From assembly GCA_963828525.1 (NCBI GenBank), contig CAWHEP010000005.1, forward strand, positions 32,001 through 96,000: DNA of 64,000 nt. The letters run 5' to 3'. The notes below the pieces were generated by a model that was given only the letters and a program-made list of their open reading frames with translations, was not told where the DNA came from and did not search any database. Position numbers and translations under genes: made by a program. Of the stretch, positions 35,767 through 47,054 are shown one piece after another. The stretch comes from an uncultured Verrucomicrobiae bacterium (lineage in GTDB: Bacteria; Verrucomicrobiota; Verrucomicrobiia; Chthoniobacterales; Chthoniobacteraceae). Positions within the stretch are counted from its first letter, which is position 1. Each line of letters starts with the position of its first letter.

Positions 35767-36309
35767 ATGCGCCTCTCGCGGCGGGCGGCGGAGGGCTTCA
35801 CAATCCTCGAGGTCAGCTTTGCGGCGGTTGTATTTTCCGCATTTGCGACAGGATCGATTCTCACTCTTGCGGAATTAAACCGCTTTGCGAACGAAGCGCG
35901 TTACGAAACTCTCGCTCTCTCCTCCGCGCAGCACAAGATGGATCAGGTGATGACGGCCACTTGCAGCCTGAATCCTTTGACCAGTGGAACGAGCGTCTAT
36001 TCACCGACGTTGGTGAGCGGCACAACGACCCTCAGCCCGAACTCTTCCACTCTGCTTACCACCGCGACATCTCAGGTAACAACAGAACAAAATCTGCCGC
36101 TGAACAATGATATCTACAATTCGGAAGCTGGCCTGAGCAGCGCCTTCACCGGACTGGACTCTCAAATCACACTCACCCGTGTGACCACGATCACAGCCGA
36201 TCCCACCTATCCTCGCTTGCTTGGGGCCACGGTATCCGTCACCTACACGTGCTTCAAAAACCAATACAACGTGACGCTGAAAAGCATCCGTTGCACCGAC
36301 AACTTCTGA
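35767..36309 (+). CDS. Prepilin-type (pseudopilin) protein
   Basis: GGAG RBS then ATG; class III signal G|FTILEV followed by a hydrophobic helix. Confidence 0.75.
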   Translation: MRLSRRAAEGFTILEVSFAAVVFSAFATGSILTLAELNRFANEARYETLALSSAQHKMDQVMTATCSLNPLTSGTSVYSPTLVSGTTTLSPNSSTLLTTATSQVTTEQNLPLNNDIYNSEAGLSSAFTGLDSQITLTRVTTITADPTYPRLLGATVSVTYTCFKNQYNVTLKSIRCTDNF

Positions 36310-36311
36310 CA

Positions 36312-37268
36312 TTGAAAAGACTTTCAACTTCCTCCCGGGGTTTCACCCTTGCTGAAATGGTGATTGCGTCCGCCATCGCAGGGATCATGGGCGCGGGCAT
36401 CGTGCTCTATTCCAACGCCTCCATGCGGATGGTCGCGCGGAACATGGCGACGAATCACAGCCATGAGGTTGCGCGCGGCACGTTCGATCGCATGCTGAAC
36501 GACCTGCATGGCGCGTCCAGCAGATTCAATCTCCTCACTTTCGATGGCACTAACTTTGTCTCTTCCTCGGCGACGTCGGGAAGCGACCTTGATCTATACA
36601 CCCAGCAATATATTACCCCGCGCGCGAACGCGGTCGAATATATGAAGTTTGCGGGTGGCCCGTATAAGATCACGGGAGACAGCGGGGGGAGTTCACCCGT
36701 GGCATCGACCGCTACCGCGATGCAGGTTGATTTCGGAGTGAATGGCGCTTTGCCTTATACACCTTCCGTGGGGGACAAAGTGCAGATCCCGTTGATCAAT
36801 TCAGCCGAGTTCTACATCACCGGCGTGACCACGGCGCCCACTGTTGGGAATACGAAGGGGACAATCACGCTTTCCGGCGCGGTCGGCTTTACTCTTTACA
36901 CGAGCGGCACCGCCCCTTCGGGCGTAGTGAACCCGGTTACCACAGGGTATTTTTACAAACGGCAAGCGTATTCCGTGTGGAATGATCCCGCGCTGAAAGC
37001 GCCTACTTACCAGATTCGCTTTCATCCGAATTATCCCCAGGTGTCAGGCACCAACACGGTCATCGTGCGCTACAATGTCACATCCGCGAGCCCATTTGCG
37101 CTTCTCGCAACAGCAGCCGCCACAGCGAGTGACAACCTGAATCTGCGCTTATCTCTGGAAGCCTACGATGTGCAATATACCGGTCAGAACTTCCTGAACG
37201 GCACGACCACTTTGGAATCCATTATTCCCTCCCGCACCCAACCCCCGCCGATCAGCACTGGCACCTGA
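36312..37268 (+). CDS. Prepilin-type (PilW-like) protein
   Basis: RG|FTLAEMVIASAIAGI. Confidence 0.8.
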   Translation: MKRLSTSSRGFTLAEMVIASAIAGIMGAGIVLYSNASMRMVARNMATNHSHEVARGTFDRMLNDLHGASSRFNLLTFDGTNFVSSSATSGSDLDLYTQQYITPRANAVEYMKFAGGPYKITGDSGGSSPVASTATAMQVDFGVNGALPYTPSVGDKVQIPLINSAEFYITGVTTAPTVGNTKGTITLSGAVGFTLYTSGTAPSGVVNPVTTGYFYKRQAYSVWNDPALKAPTYQIRFHPNYPQVSGTNTVIVRYNVTSASPFALLATAAATASDNLNLRLSLEAYDVQYTGQNFLNGTTTLESIIPSRTQPPPISTGT

Positions 37269-37271
37269 ATT

Positions 37272-39261
37272 ATGAAAGCGACCAAAGATTCCGGAGGCAT
37301 CCTCATGGCTGTTCTCATGATCATTGCCGTGGTGTCCATCCTGCTAGGGGCTGTTTACACCACCACAACCATGGAGATGCGTTCCATGAAACGCTCCGTG
37401 GATCGCGATGTCGCTGTGTCCTATGCCGACGGCGTCATGGAAAACATCTTTGATCAATGGCGCATCGCCATGATCAGCGGCAGCAACGATTCCACACAAC
37501 GTTCCTCCGGTCTTTCCAACGACGAACTCGCGCTGGGGACGGCGACATCTCCCTCCACGACCGTTCCGCCCGGGCTTCCTCTAACCGCTCCCAGCGCCGC
37601 GCGGCTTCCCCTCCCGGCGGGGGTGACTCTAACAAGCTGGAGCGTGAAAGCGGCAGATCCGTATCTCACCGCGCTCACCAGCGGCACCGCGAGGCCGGTT
37701 CCGGAGAACGGGACGAATTCACGGCTTCGCATAAGAGAGTACTATGTTGCGAGCGTAACGGTTGCTTACCCGCGCGGGGGTTCCGTGACGTTGCAGAGAA
37801 CGTTTGTGCGTTCGGGCCATAATCTTTTCGATAACTTTTTGTTCAGTTCACAGCCAAACACGGAGATCAACCCTGGCGCTACGATGAACGTGAACGGCAC
37901 TGTCTACTGCGGAGGCAACCTGTTCACCGCTCATAACTACCTTAATTTTTTGAACGATGTTACCTACACAGGCACCTGGTATAAGGATTTTAAGGGCGGA
38001 GCGGCGCTTCCGTCGAATGAATGGGATTCTCGCTATGGCCATGAGACTCCGTCGATAAACAGCAGCAATTGGCTTGCAAGCGATCCCCCGCATGTCGGCG
38101 CTCAGCAGAAATTGCTCGATACCCCTACATCCAGTCTGGACCCGAATTTTCTGGACGACCCGAACAGCAACGATACCGATTCCGATGGAAACTCGAACAA
38201 CAATGGGTACGGAGAAATCGTGAAGGAAGTTACAAATGCCGCGCAGACGGATCCTCTGCAGGTGGATACAAACGGAACGAGTGAGCGCCTTTCCAAAAAT
38301 GCTGATTATAGGATTTACGTGGACGCGTCCAATAATGTGTCGATCTACAAAGCGCAATCTACGACGCCTCTCGCGACTACTGGCGCTGAAGTACACAGCC
38401 ATCTCGGGCGCTATATCCACCAATACATCCATCTACGACGTCCGTGAGGGTGACAACGTAAGACTTGTTAATCTGGATGTCAGCAAGCTTACCGCGGCTT
38501 ACGCGGCGGGAAACATCAGTGATAATGCGGGCACAGGCGATGGAATGCTCTTCTATGTAAAGGATTCGAGTTATGGAACCAGTGTAACAACAAACGGTTA
38601 CACATACGATTCAACAAAGGGAACTGTATCCGCCAGCACCGTTACCAGCAGCACCCATCGCGGGGTGCGCTTGATCAATGGCGCCGCCCTCCCGACGTGC
38701 GGCATGAGCGTTGCCAGTCCTAACCCGGTCTATATTCAAGGCGACTATAATACCACCGATCCAAGCCACTCCACAACCACGCAGCCTCCCAGCGACGTGA
38801 GTACCGCTTATAGCACAAGCGGCGTTACCCCGAGTCCGGTGGTGAGCGGTGCTACGCGGGTGGCCTCGCTAGTTGCCGGGGATGCCGTAAACGTCCTTTC
38901 AAACGCCTGGACGGATTCAGGGGGATTTCTCGCGCATAGCCAGGGTTACGCGGCTACGGGAACCCCAACAACCATCAACACGGCGATTGTTGCCGGCAAC
39001 GTGCCGACGACCTCTTCTTCGTACAGTGGCGGCATCGAGAACTTCCCCCGTTTTCACGAAGATTGGTCTGGCAAAAATTTCACCATTTATGGCTCGTTTG
39101 GCCTTTTGTATGACAGCGCTCAGGCCAAGGGCGCGTGGGCGTCCGCGAGCTATAGCCCGCCCAATCGCCAGTGGTATTTCGACTCGACACTTGCGGACAA
39201 AAATCCGCCTGGTTTTCCTCTCGCCTACGCGTATGATCGCGGTCGCTGGATTCTTCGCTAA
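37272..39261 (+). CDS. PilX/HpsA-like large minor pilin (frameshift near 38390)
   Basis: G|GILMAVLMIIAVV without E5 (PilX-like). The C-terminus has NPVYIQGDYN, GGIENFPRFHEDW and YSPPNRQWYFD. Confidence 0.7.
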
Positions 39262-39264
39262 GTC

Positions 39265-39828
39265 ATGAGGGCCGCTGTTTTGCTCTTGTTCCTGGCGTCT
39301 TTGCCTCTCTCCGACATTCGAGCGGAGCTGGATCTGACTCCGTTTCAATCGTTCAGAATGCTGGAAGGAGTAAAAATCCCCATGGTGGAGTTTCAGGATG
39401 GGACCCGCCGCGTTTCCTACCAGCCGCCCAGCGGATGGTGGAGCAGCGGGTCAGGACGCGATCTCAGCCTCTTCCCCCCGAACGCAAATGAAGCTTGGAT
39501 GAGGTTTGTGCTTGCCGTGAAAAAGGATGAAACCCCACCCGCGACCGCCGTCGATCCCCAAAGCTTCGCCGCGAGCTTCCTCCCGCATGAGGCGAAGGAC
39601 GTTGTGTTCATAAAGCAGGTTCCCAGTCCTTACACTTTGGAGGGACAGCCCAGCTCGGAGTTCATCTTCAAGTGCTCCATAAATGGCAATGCCGATTTCG
39701 TCTCCGTCTCGATCGTTGAACGCAACGCAAAAGAGCGGCTGACCGTCATTATCATGGCGCACGCAAAAGACTTTGAGGAAATCCACTCCCAGGGGATCGG
39801 CAGTCTCTTTCGGTGGACCTTGAAGTGA
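39265..39828 (+). CDS. Secreted hypothetical protein
   Basis: Signal peptide; starts 3 bp after the previous stop. Confidence 0.6.
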   Translation: MRAAVLLLFLASLPLSDIRAELDLTPFQSFRMLEGVKIPMVEFQDGTRRVSYQPPSGWWSSGSGRDLSLFPPNANEAWMRFVLAVKKDETPPATAVDPQSFAASFLPHEAKDVVFIKQVPSPYTLEGQPSSEFIFKCSINGNADFVSVSIVERNAKERLTVIIMAHAKDFEEIHSQGIGSLFRWTLK

Positions 39829-39832
39829 TTCA

Positions 39833-41119
39833 GTGCTGAACGGGGCTGCGGCGTTGTATCTACTCAGGAACGACCGCTTCTTTGCTTTCATCCGGAACCT
39901 GTACGCGCTGATATATGCGGAGTGCCGTGCCCACCGCCTTCAGAGTAGCCCTTTTACCCGCGATCCTCTTGCGGCGATTGCAATCGCGCTTTGGAGCATT
40001 GCGCTTCTGGTCATCTGCGTTCGGCTGATCGTAAAGCCGGATCACAATATTTTTGGAACCTACATGCGCGCGGGCGCGGCATGGGTTCAGGGAGGACACA
40101 TTTACTCGGTCGATCAGGGCCGGGGATTTGTTTACAGCCCGCTTATTGCCGCGTTTTTCGCTCCATTCTCCACGCTGCCAGTGGCAATAGCTAATATGCT
40201 GTGGCGTCTGCTGAATGCAGGGGTGTTCGTGGGCGCGGTCTGGCGCTGGCTGGAGGCTGGAATCCAGCCAACTTTGCCCCGGGCACGTTGGAGCCTCGTT
40301 TTTCTCCTGCTGCTTCCCCTCTCACTGGGCAACTTTAGCAACGGTCAGGCAAATCCACTGGTAATCGGATTGCTGATGTTCGGTGTCTTAGGAGCGAGAT
40401 CGGGACGATGGTTTTTGGCCGCCCTGTGTGTCGCGCTGGCCGCTTATTTCAAGATCTACCCGCTGGCCGTCGGGCTTCTGATTTGTTTGATCCATCCCCG
40501 CCAATTTCCCCTCCGCCTGCTTCTCGCGCTGGCGCTGCTCGCCGCCCTTACATTTTTGTGTCAGCACCCTGCCTATGTGCTTGTTCAATATAGGAGTTGG
40601 ATCGCCACCCGCTCGGTGGATAACCGACTCCTTTACGACAACGCAATAGCGCCCCACGATCTGTGGCTCGTCATCCGAACGCTGCGCCTGCCTGTGAGCG
40701 CTGGCGCGTACCAGGCCATTCAGTTGCTCGGCGCCGCCGCTGTGGCGGGGCTCTGCTTTCGGGGGCGCTTAATGCGCTGGTCGGAAGACCGCCTGTTGCT
40801 AACCCTTTTCTGCCTTGCCTGCTGCTGGATGATCTTGCTTGGCCCTGCTACCGAATCGCCGACCTACATTCTGATCTGTCCGGCCGTGGTGCTGTCGTGG
40901 GTCGGCTCTCTCCAGGAGCCGTCCATGGAAGTCTGGCTGCGTCGGACGCTGCTTGCCTCGCTGACCTTGTTCCTGTTGGGCTTCCTCATCAACAGCCTCA
41001 TCCGGCAGAAGGATTGGTTTGCCTTCGTCCAGCCGGTAGGGGCCCTGGCATTCACTCTGTTTGCGACCGCCTGGCTCCTGAACGGGAAATACTGGAGCGC
41101 TCGCCCGGTGGAAGCGTGA
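39833..41119 (+). CDS. GT87 / DUF2029 membrane glycosyltransferase (start uncertain)
   Basis: FVYSP, NGQAN, FKIYP and multiple TM helices. Confidence 0.8.
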   Translation: MLNGAAALYLLRNDRFFAFIRNLYALIYAECRAHRLQSSPFTRDPLAAIAIALWSIALLVICVRLIVKPDHNIFGTYMRAGAAWVQGGHIYSVDQGRGFVYSPLIAAFFAPFSTLPVAIANMLWRLLNAGVFVGAVWRWLEAGIQPTLPRARWSLVFLLLLPLSLGNFSNGQANPLVIGLLMFGVLGARSGRWFLAALCVALAAYFKIYPLAVGLLICLIHPRQFPLRLLLALALLAALTFLCQHPAYVLVQYRSWIATRSVDNRLLYDNAIAPHDLWLVIRTLRLPVSAGAYQAIQLLGAAAVAGLCFRGRLMRWSEDRLLLTLFCLACCWMILLGPATESPTYILICPAVVLSWVGSLQEPSMEVWLRRTLLASLTLFLLGFLINSLIRQKDWFAFVQPVGALAFTLFATAWLLNGKYWSARPVEA

Positions 41120-41130
41120 TTACATTCCAG

Positions 41131-41634
41131 CTAGGCGCCGTCCGGGTGTCGGGCGGCGAAACCACTCGTGTCCCGGAAATCCGTGTGCCAGCGCGGCCCC
41201 ACGTCGCCGCCAACGGCGAAGTCAGTCGTATCGAGGCGCAGACCGGCGATCACCGCGAACGTATGTCCGGCGCGCGCATAGATCGTGATCCACCGCCCGG
41301 AGCCGCGGCATCCATATGCCAAAAACTCCCTGGAAGGCATGGGTGTATCCAGCAGCCCAGCGTGATGGAGCGCGAATGAGACTGTACCAGAGCAGTCATA
41401 TCCCGAATCGTAAAACGACCCGTGTCCGCCTCCCCAGCGATACGGCATCCGGCGAATCTTGTTTACCGCCCAGATGGCGCGCTTTACATTGTCAGGCGCT
41501 TCCGATGGCGCGGAGGCAACGCCGTTGCGGAGCATGGCGTATTTCCCGTTGACCATCGGCCCGCTTTCAGCCGCGCGGACGGCACATGCGATAAGCGGAA
41601 GGAAGGCGAGAACCAGCAGGACGGGAGACTTCAT
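41131..41634 (-). CDS. NlpC/P60-like peptidoglycan endopeptidase
   Basis: PYRWGGGH, YDCSG and GHTF; signal peptide. Confidence 0.8.
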   Translation of the reverse strand: MKSPVLLVLAFLPLIACAVRAAESGPMVNGKYAMLRNGVASAPSEAPDNVKRAIWAVNKIRRMPYRWGGGHGSFYDSGYDCSGTVSFALHHAGLLDTPMPSREFLAYGCRGSGRWITIYARAGHTFAVIAGLRLDTTDFAVGGDVGPRWHTDFRDTSGFAARHPDGA

Positions 41635-41959
41635 TCCCGTTTTGAAAGCTATTTTCGCGCCATTTCGCGCGGCACGGATCCGGAAGCCAGCGCAGGGCGC
41701 CGATATATCAGACGCATGGAGCGGGGCGCGTGCAACTCCCCAGGCTCAAAAGGCGGCGCCGACGGTACTTTCTTTCGCTCGGCGCTTGATACGAATTGCA
41801 ACTTCTACCTCAGCTCTTCGCTGCCTTCCGGCAGTCAGACAGATTTCATCATCGTCTTCATCGGCTTCTATAGTTGAGATCAAGGGCGCTTAGTCAGCAG
41901 GCCCGATTTAGAGTGGGTCGGGCGGGGGCTTAATCAAGCGATTAGCCTGTTGGTTTCCT

Positions 41960-42903
41960 CAACACCGCATGGAGGTAAATCCATCAATGCGGTTCGTGAG
42001 CAGCTCGACGCGCCAGATCTCGTTAAATAGATCGATGATGGGATAGACCATCTTTCCCTTGCTTTCCGAGTAGTAGGCTTTCGGAAGATGCTCAAGAAAT
42101 CCCGGCTGAAAACCTCGTCGGTAGTTTCGTCTCTCAGCGGGATGGGTTCAAAGCCAAGCCAGCAGATGAGATCCGCATTTGTGCCGGAACCTGTCACATC
42201 AATGCCGATGTTTCCCGTTTTGCGAAAGCCGCATCCGAGGTCAACTTTGATGAGTTCGCCCCGGGGATCGTATTGCTTCCACCAAGGCGCGCTTCCTCCA
42301 TCTGCGTAGTTGCGGCCAGCAGATCGAAGGAACGCCGGACGAATCCTGCCGCAGACTGGATGCTCCCGAGCAGGATCCCCGGCGCGGACTCAAAGAGCGT
42401 ATGGCGGCGACCAGTGCTCTCCACGCCGATTACCTTCAGAGTGGTCATGATGTCGCTCCAGCCGTCGAGGTTCACTTGCTCATGGAAGCGGGCGCGCGCC
42501 CTAAATCAGGACCGGCGCTTGACGCCTCTTGGCGCGTTCGATTCGGCGGGACGGAGTGGAGCAGTCTCTCCCCAGCCATGATCTCGATATCGAAGGCGCC
42601 CTCCATGCGCGCCCATCCATACAGCCACTGGCCGCTTACAAGCATCCAGCCGGGGTGGGAGAAACGCTCCAGGCCTCCGCGCGGCTCTGAGGTCTGAACC
42701 TGCGGAGCAGGCGGGGTGTCGGCGAGGAGTTTTGCGGTCAGATTTCCGATGATCTCGGTAGCGCGCGGCTCGAGGATGAGCGGCGCTCGAACCGTCATGC
42801 CTGCCAGTTCCTCATTGAGATTCTCCAGTTGATCGAAAAAAGGGCGTTTACGGCGATGCCGCAAACGGTGTTTCGCGCCGGGTAATACAAGGAGGATGAC
42901 CAA
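41960..42903 (-). pseudogene. Fragmented class I SAM methyltransferase with N-terminal accessory domain
   Basis: Across frames: VDLGCGFRK, IGID, FL(EH)LP and FNEIWRV, after which similarity is lost. Confidence 0.55.
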
Positions 42904-42923
42904 GCGCGAACGCCGGATCTGTA

Positions 42924-42949
42924 TTAATGGATTTTAATCTACGGTTAAT
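42924..42949 (+). promoter_or_regulatory. Three TTAAT direct repeats upstream of the response regulator
   Basis: TTAAT at 42924, 42934 and 42945 (10-11 bp period) in an AT-rich stretch. Confidence 0.4.
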
Positions 42950-42984
42950 TGTATAAGTCGCATCATCGGATATTAAATGGGCAG

Positions 42985-43661
42985 ATGCGTATTCTGGTGG
43001 TCGAAGACGAAGAGAAGGTAACGCGGTTCCTCACGCTGGGCCTTAAAGCGGAGGGGTTCTCGGTCGATTGCGCCCGCGACGGAAAGACAGGCCTTCGGCT
43101 CGCGCTCGCGACATCCTATGATCTGCTCGTAGTCGATCTGATGCTGCCGGTCATGAGCGGAACGGAACTCATTACAACTCTGCGTCGCCAGAACACCGAG
43201 GTGCCAATCGTGGTACTGACGGCGAGAGACGCGTTAGCTGACAAGGTCACGCACTTCGAAGCGGGCGCGGACGATTATCTCACCAAGCCGTTCGCCTTCG
43301 CTGAGCTCCTTGTCCGAATCAAGGCTCTCCTGAGGCGCGGGCCTGCGCAGAGGCCAAACGAACTGCGCATCGCGGATCTTGAAATAAATCGAGTCACTCA
43401 CGGCGTGAGGAGGGATGGCTCGGCAATCAAACTTACCGCGAAGGATACGCGTTGCTGGAATACCTTGCCGTCAATTCAGGGCGAGTTCTTTCCCGCACCA
43501 TGATCATCGAGCATGTGTGGGATCAGAGTTTCGAGGGCCTCACGAATATTGTGGACGTTTACATCCGCCAACTGCGGTCCAAGATCGACGATCCTTTCAA
43601 GGAAAAGCTTATAAGTACCGTTCGAAACGCTGGCTACAAGCTGAGTAACCAAGAGGCCTAA
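42985..43661 (+). CDS. OmpR-family response regulator (CusR/CzcR-like; frameshift near 43445)
   Basis: MRILVVEDE, DLMLP, GADDYLTKPF and NIVDVYIRQLRSKID. Confidence 0.9.
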
Positions 43662-45058
43662 TGAACCCGAGATCGTTGAGATTTAAGCTCACCGTATGGT
43701 ATGCTGGCTTGCTATTGCTCGTCGTCGCGGCGTTTGGCGCTTATACCTACCATGCCGTACGCGAGCACCTCACGGGCCTTACCAAGCAAACACTGCTGCG
43801 GCGCGCCATTCAAATCGCGAGCGCCTTGTCCTCCAAGCCAGAGGCGGACTCTCAGATGCGGGGCGAGATGGAGGCCACCTACGCGCCCGCGCTGAACGAT
43901 CGCTTTATTCGGGTGACTCGCGATGGAGAAGTGATATACGTTTCGGGAAAGCCCAACGACGGGTCTTTTGTGCCGGATGCTGTTCCGCGAGCGGATTTTA
44001 GCGCTGCCTCCGCGAGAGAGGAGCCGATCCCGAGCGGAGGAAGACTCCTTGTCGCAGGCGCGCCGATTCACATGGGGACCCACCGCGTTCTCGTCGAAGT
44101 GGGCAGTTCGGAATCCGCGACTGATACTGTTCTCCGCGGCCTTTTGATCGCGCTCTCCATCGGTCTGCCCGTCTTGCTCGCGGTCGCCATCATCGGAGGC
44201 TACGTCTTGGTCACCAGCGCTCTGGCGCCAGTGGAGCATATCGCCGCGGCCGCTCACGATATCACCTTGCATCATCTGGACAGACGGCTTCCCGTCGTCG
44301 GCTCCGGTGATGAGATACAGGGGCTCAGCGAGACCCTCAACCAGATGATTAGCCGTCTTGACGAATCGTTCCAAAGCAGCAGCCGTTTCAGCAGCGACGC
44401 GTCGCATGAGTTAAGGACGCCGCTTACCATCATGCGAGGCGAACTGGAAGCGCTGCTGATGGATGAGACACTGCCACGAAACGTCCATGAGACTCTGTAT
44501 AGTCTCTTGGAAGAGATACAGCGTCTCGTGAAGATCGTGGAGGGCTTGTTCGCTTTATCCCGCCTCGATATTGGCGAGGCGCAGATGGAGCGCGTCCGGT
44601 GTGATCTTGCTCAGTTGGTGAGAGCCACCGCGGATCAAATGTGCCTCCTCGCGGAGGTAAAGGACACCAAGCTTCTCTACGAAACCGGAGATCGCGTGGA
44701 TGTGGAAGGAGACAGGGCAAGACTAAAGCAGGTCGTCGTCAATTTACTGGACAACGCCATTAAATTCACGCCCTGCGGAGGCACGATTACCGTGTCGGTG
44801 GCGGCGGAGAGCGGGATGGGACGCTTGCGGGTTGCCGATTCCGGGCCGGGTATCCCCGAGGAAGCTCTTCCTCATGTGTTTGATCGGTTCTTCAGGGCGG
44901 ACGGGGTGCGCTCGCGTGACGTGGAGGGCGCGGGCCTCGGCCTCTCGATTGTAAAGTCCATTTGCGGGGCGCACGGCGGCTCCGCCGTGGCGGAGAATTC
45001 CCCTGGCGGAGGTTGTAGCGTCTGCGTGGAAATCCCCCTGGCCGCAGGAATCAACTAA
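43661..45058 (+). CDS. HAMP sensor histidine kinase
   Basis: SHELRTPL, NLLDNAIKF, DSGPGI and GAGLGL. Confidence 0.95.
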   Translation: MNPRSLRFKLTVWYAGLLLLVVAAFGAYTYHAVREHLTGLTKQTLLRRAIQIASALSSKPEADSQMRGEMEATYAPALNDRFIRVTRDGEVIYVSGKPNDGSFVPDAVPRADFSAASAREEPIPSGGRLLVAGAPIHMGTHRVLVEVGSSESATDTVLRGLLIALSIGLPVLLAVAIIGGYVLVTSALAPVEHIAAAAHDITLHHLDRRLPVVGSGDEIQGLSETLNQMISRLDESFQSSSRFSSDASHELRTPLTIMRGELEALLMDETLPRNVHETLYSLLEEIQRLVKIVEGLFALSRLDIGEAQMERVRCDLAQLVRATADQMCLLAEVKDTKLLYETGDRVDVEGDRARLKQVVVNLLDNAIKFTPCGGTITVSVAAESGMGRLRVADSGPGIPEEALPHVFDRFFRADGVRSRDVEGAGLGLSIVKSICGAHGGSAVAENSPGGGCSVCVEIPLAAGIN

Positions 45059-45067
45059 GCACAAAGC

Positions 45068-46313
45068 ATGAGCGTATCGATACAATCATCTCCAGAAACT
45101 CCCTCGCATCGAGCGCCTCGCAAGCCGCGCAAGCCATGGAAATGGGTTCTTCTTCTCGTGTGCGGCGGATTGGCGATCTATCTTGCAGCCTCGTTCATCC
45201 GCAAAGATCCCGCTGGGCGCGGCGGGGAGGGCGGGGATCGGGCTCCAATCCAGACGGTGGCGGTGGAGAAAGTAACCCGTGCCGATCTCTCCCAGGCGCT
45301 TACACTGGCCGCGGAATTTCACCCCTACCAGGAAGTCAGCATACACGCGAAGGTCGCGGGCTACGTCCAGGTCATCAACGTGGACATAGGCGATCATGTA
45401 AAGGCCGGGGGGGCGCTTGCCGTCCTGGAAGTTCCAGAGTTGAAGGATGAACTCGGCAAAGCCGCCGCGCAGGTAAAAGTCAGCGAGGAAGATGTGAAGC
45501 GGGCCGAGGCGAACTTCCAGGAGACTCATGCGATCTATGCTCGGCTGATGGAGGTCTCGAAAGAGCATCCCAAGCTCGTGGCGCAAGGGGATGTGGACAC
45601 GGCGAAATCCAAGGACGACGCGATGAGTAGCGCCCTGGGCTCGGCGCGCGAGCATGTAACAGAGTGCCAGGCGGAGCGCGAGCGGCTGGCGGCAATGCTT
45701 GACTATGCGACCATCCGGGCGCCATTTGATGGTGTCATCACAAGGCGCTATGCAGACGTGGGTGCCCTCGTACAGGCCGGAACCTCCAGCGCGCAAGCGG
45801 GGCCGGTCGTTGACTTCGCGGAAGACGATATCCTGGCGACTCCTATTTCCTGTCCCCGAATCGGCAGTCCCGCATATCAGGACAGGCCTTCCTGTCAAGG
45901 TCACGGTGCAAGCTTTGAATGAGACATTCGACGGCAAGGTGGATCGGTTCGCTGAAAAGGTGGACCGGGACACCCGCACGATGCAAACAGAGGTGGATGT
46001 TCCAAACCCAGCGGGGCGGTTTACACCCGGAATGTATGCCTCCGTGGAGATCGCCCTCGAGCAGCGCAAAAATGTCCTCGCAGTCCCGCTGCAAGCTCTC
46101 GCATTCGGTAAAGCGGAAACAGTAATCGTTCTTAACAAGGAAGGGCGCCTTGAAACTAGAAGTGTTGTTGTGGGTCTGGAGACTTCCGAGCGCGCCGAGA
46201 TCAAGTCCGGCTTGGAGGAAGGGGAACTTGTTCTTGTTGGCTCCCGCAGCAGCGTCCAACCGGGGCAACGGGCTTCCGGCAAGCTGACGGTGGTGGCGGG
46301 TGCGGTTGAATAA
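45068..46313 (+). CDS. RND efflux periplasmic adaptor (frameshift near 45835)
   Basis: AKVAGYV...IGDHVKAG, IRAPFDGVIT and PGMYA. Confidence 0.9.
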
Positions 46314-46324
46314 AGCGCGCATTT

Positions 46325-47054
46325 ATGGAAGAAGACATCCATCCCGAAACGCTCCGCGCCCTGCGCTCCTTCGACTCGTGCGCGGTTGCGAACGCAATTG
46401 AGACCTTCGGTGTCCAGTTGCGGAACGAAGGCTACATAGACGACAGCATCCAGTGCCGCCTTCCGGAACTCCCGCCGATGGTCGGCTTTGCGGTGACTTT
46501 GCGAGTAAGGACATCCAACCCCGCCATGGATGGAAGCTCGTATCTGGATCGCACGGACTGGTGGTCCCTCCTTCAGGAAAGCGCCCGGCCCATATGTCAT
46601 GGTCATCCAGGACGTGGATCGTCGTCCGGGACGTGGGTGCTTTCGTGGGAGAGATTCACGCCGGCATCTTGCAAGCGATGGGCTGTGTGGGCGTGGTGAC
46701 CAATGGCGCGGTGCGAGATATTCCTTCCATATCGCGCTTAGGTTTCAGCCTATTTTCGGCTTTCAGCGTAGCGGTATCTCACGCCTACATGCACATCGTG
46801 GAGGTCGGCGGCCTGGTCGACCATCGATGGCCTGCGCGATCAACCCGGCGACCTCCTTCATGGCGACCAGTCATGGGATTGTGAAATCCCCGCGGAATAT
46901 CGCCGATGCCATATTCCCGGACGTCGTTGCGCATTCAGCAAAGTGAACAACACGTCATGGATTTCTGCCGCTCGAAGGAATTCTCCATGGAAGGCCTCCG
47001 AAGGCATGTCTCGCGCGCCCGTACAACGCCCATCGTCCCCTTCCCTCCCCGACA
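46325..47054 (+). CDS. RraA / HMG-aldolase family protein (frameshifted; stop not resolved)
   Basis: DSCAVANAIE, PMVGFAVT, GAFVGEI, GVVTNGAVRD and VSHAY. Confidence 0.75.
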
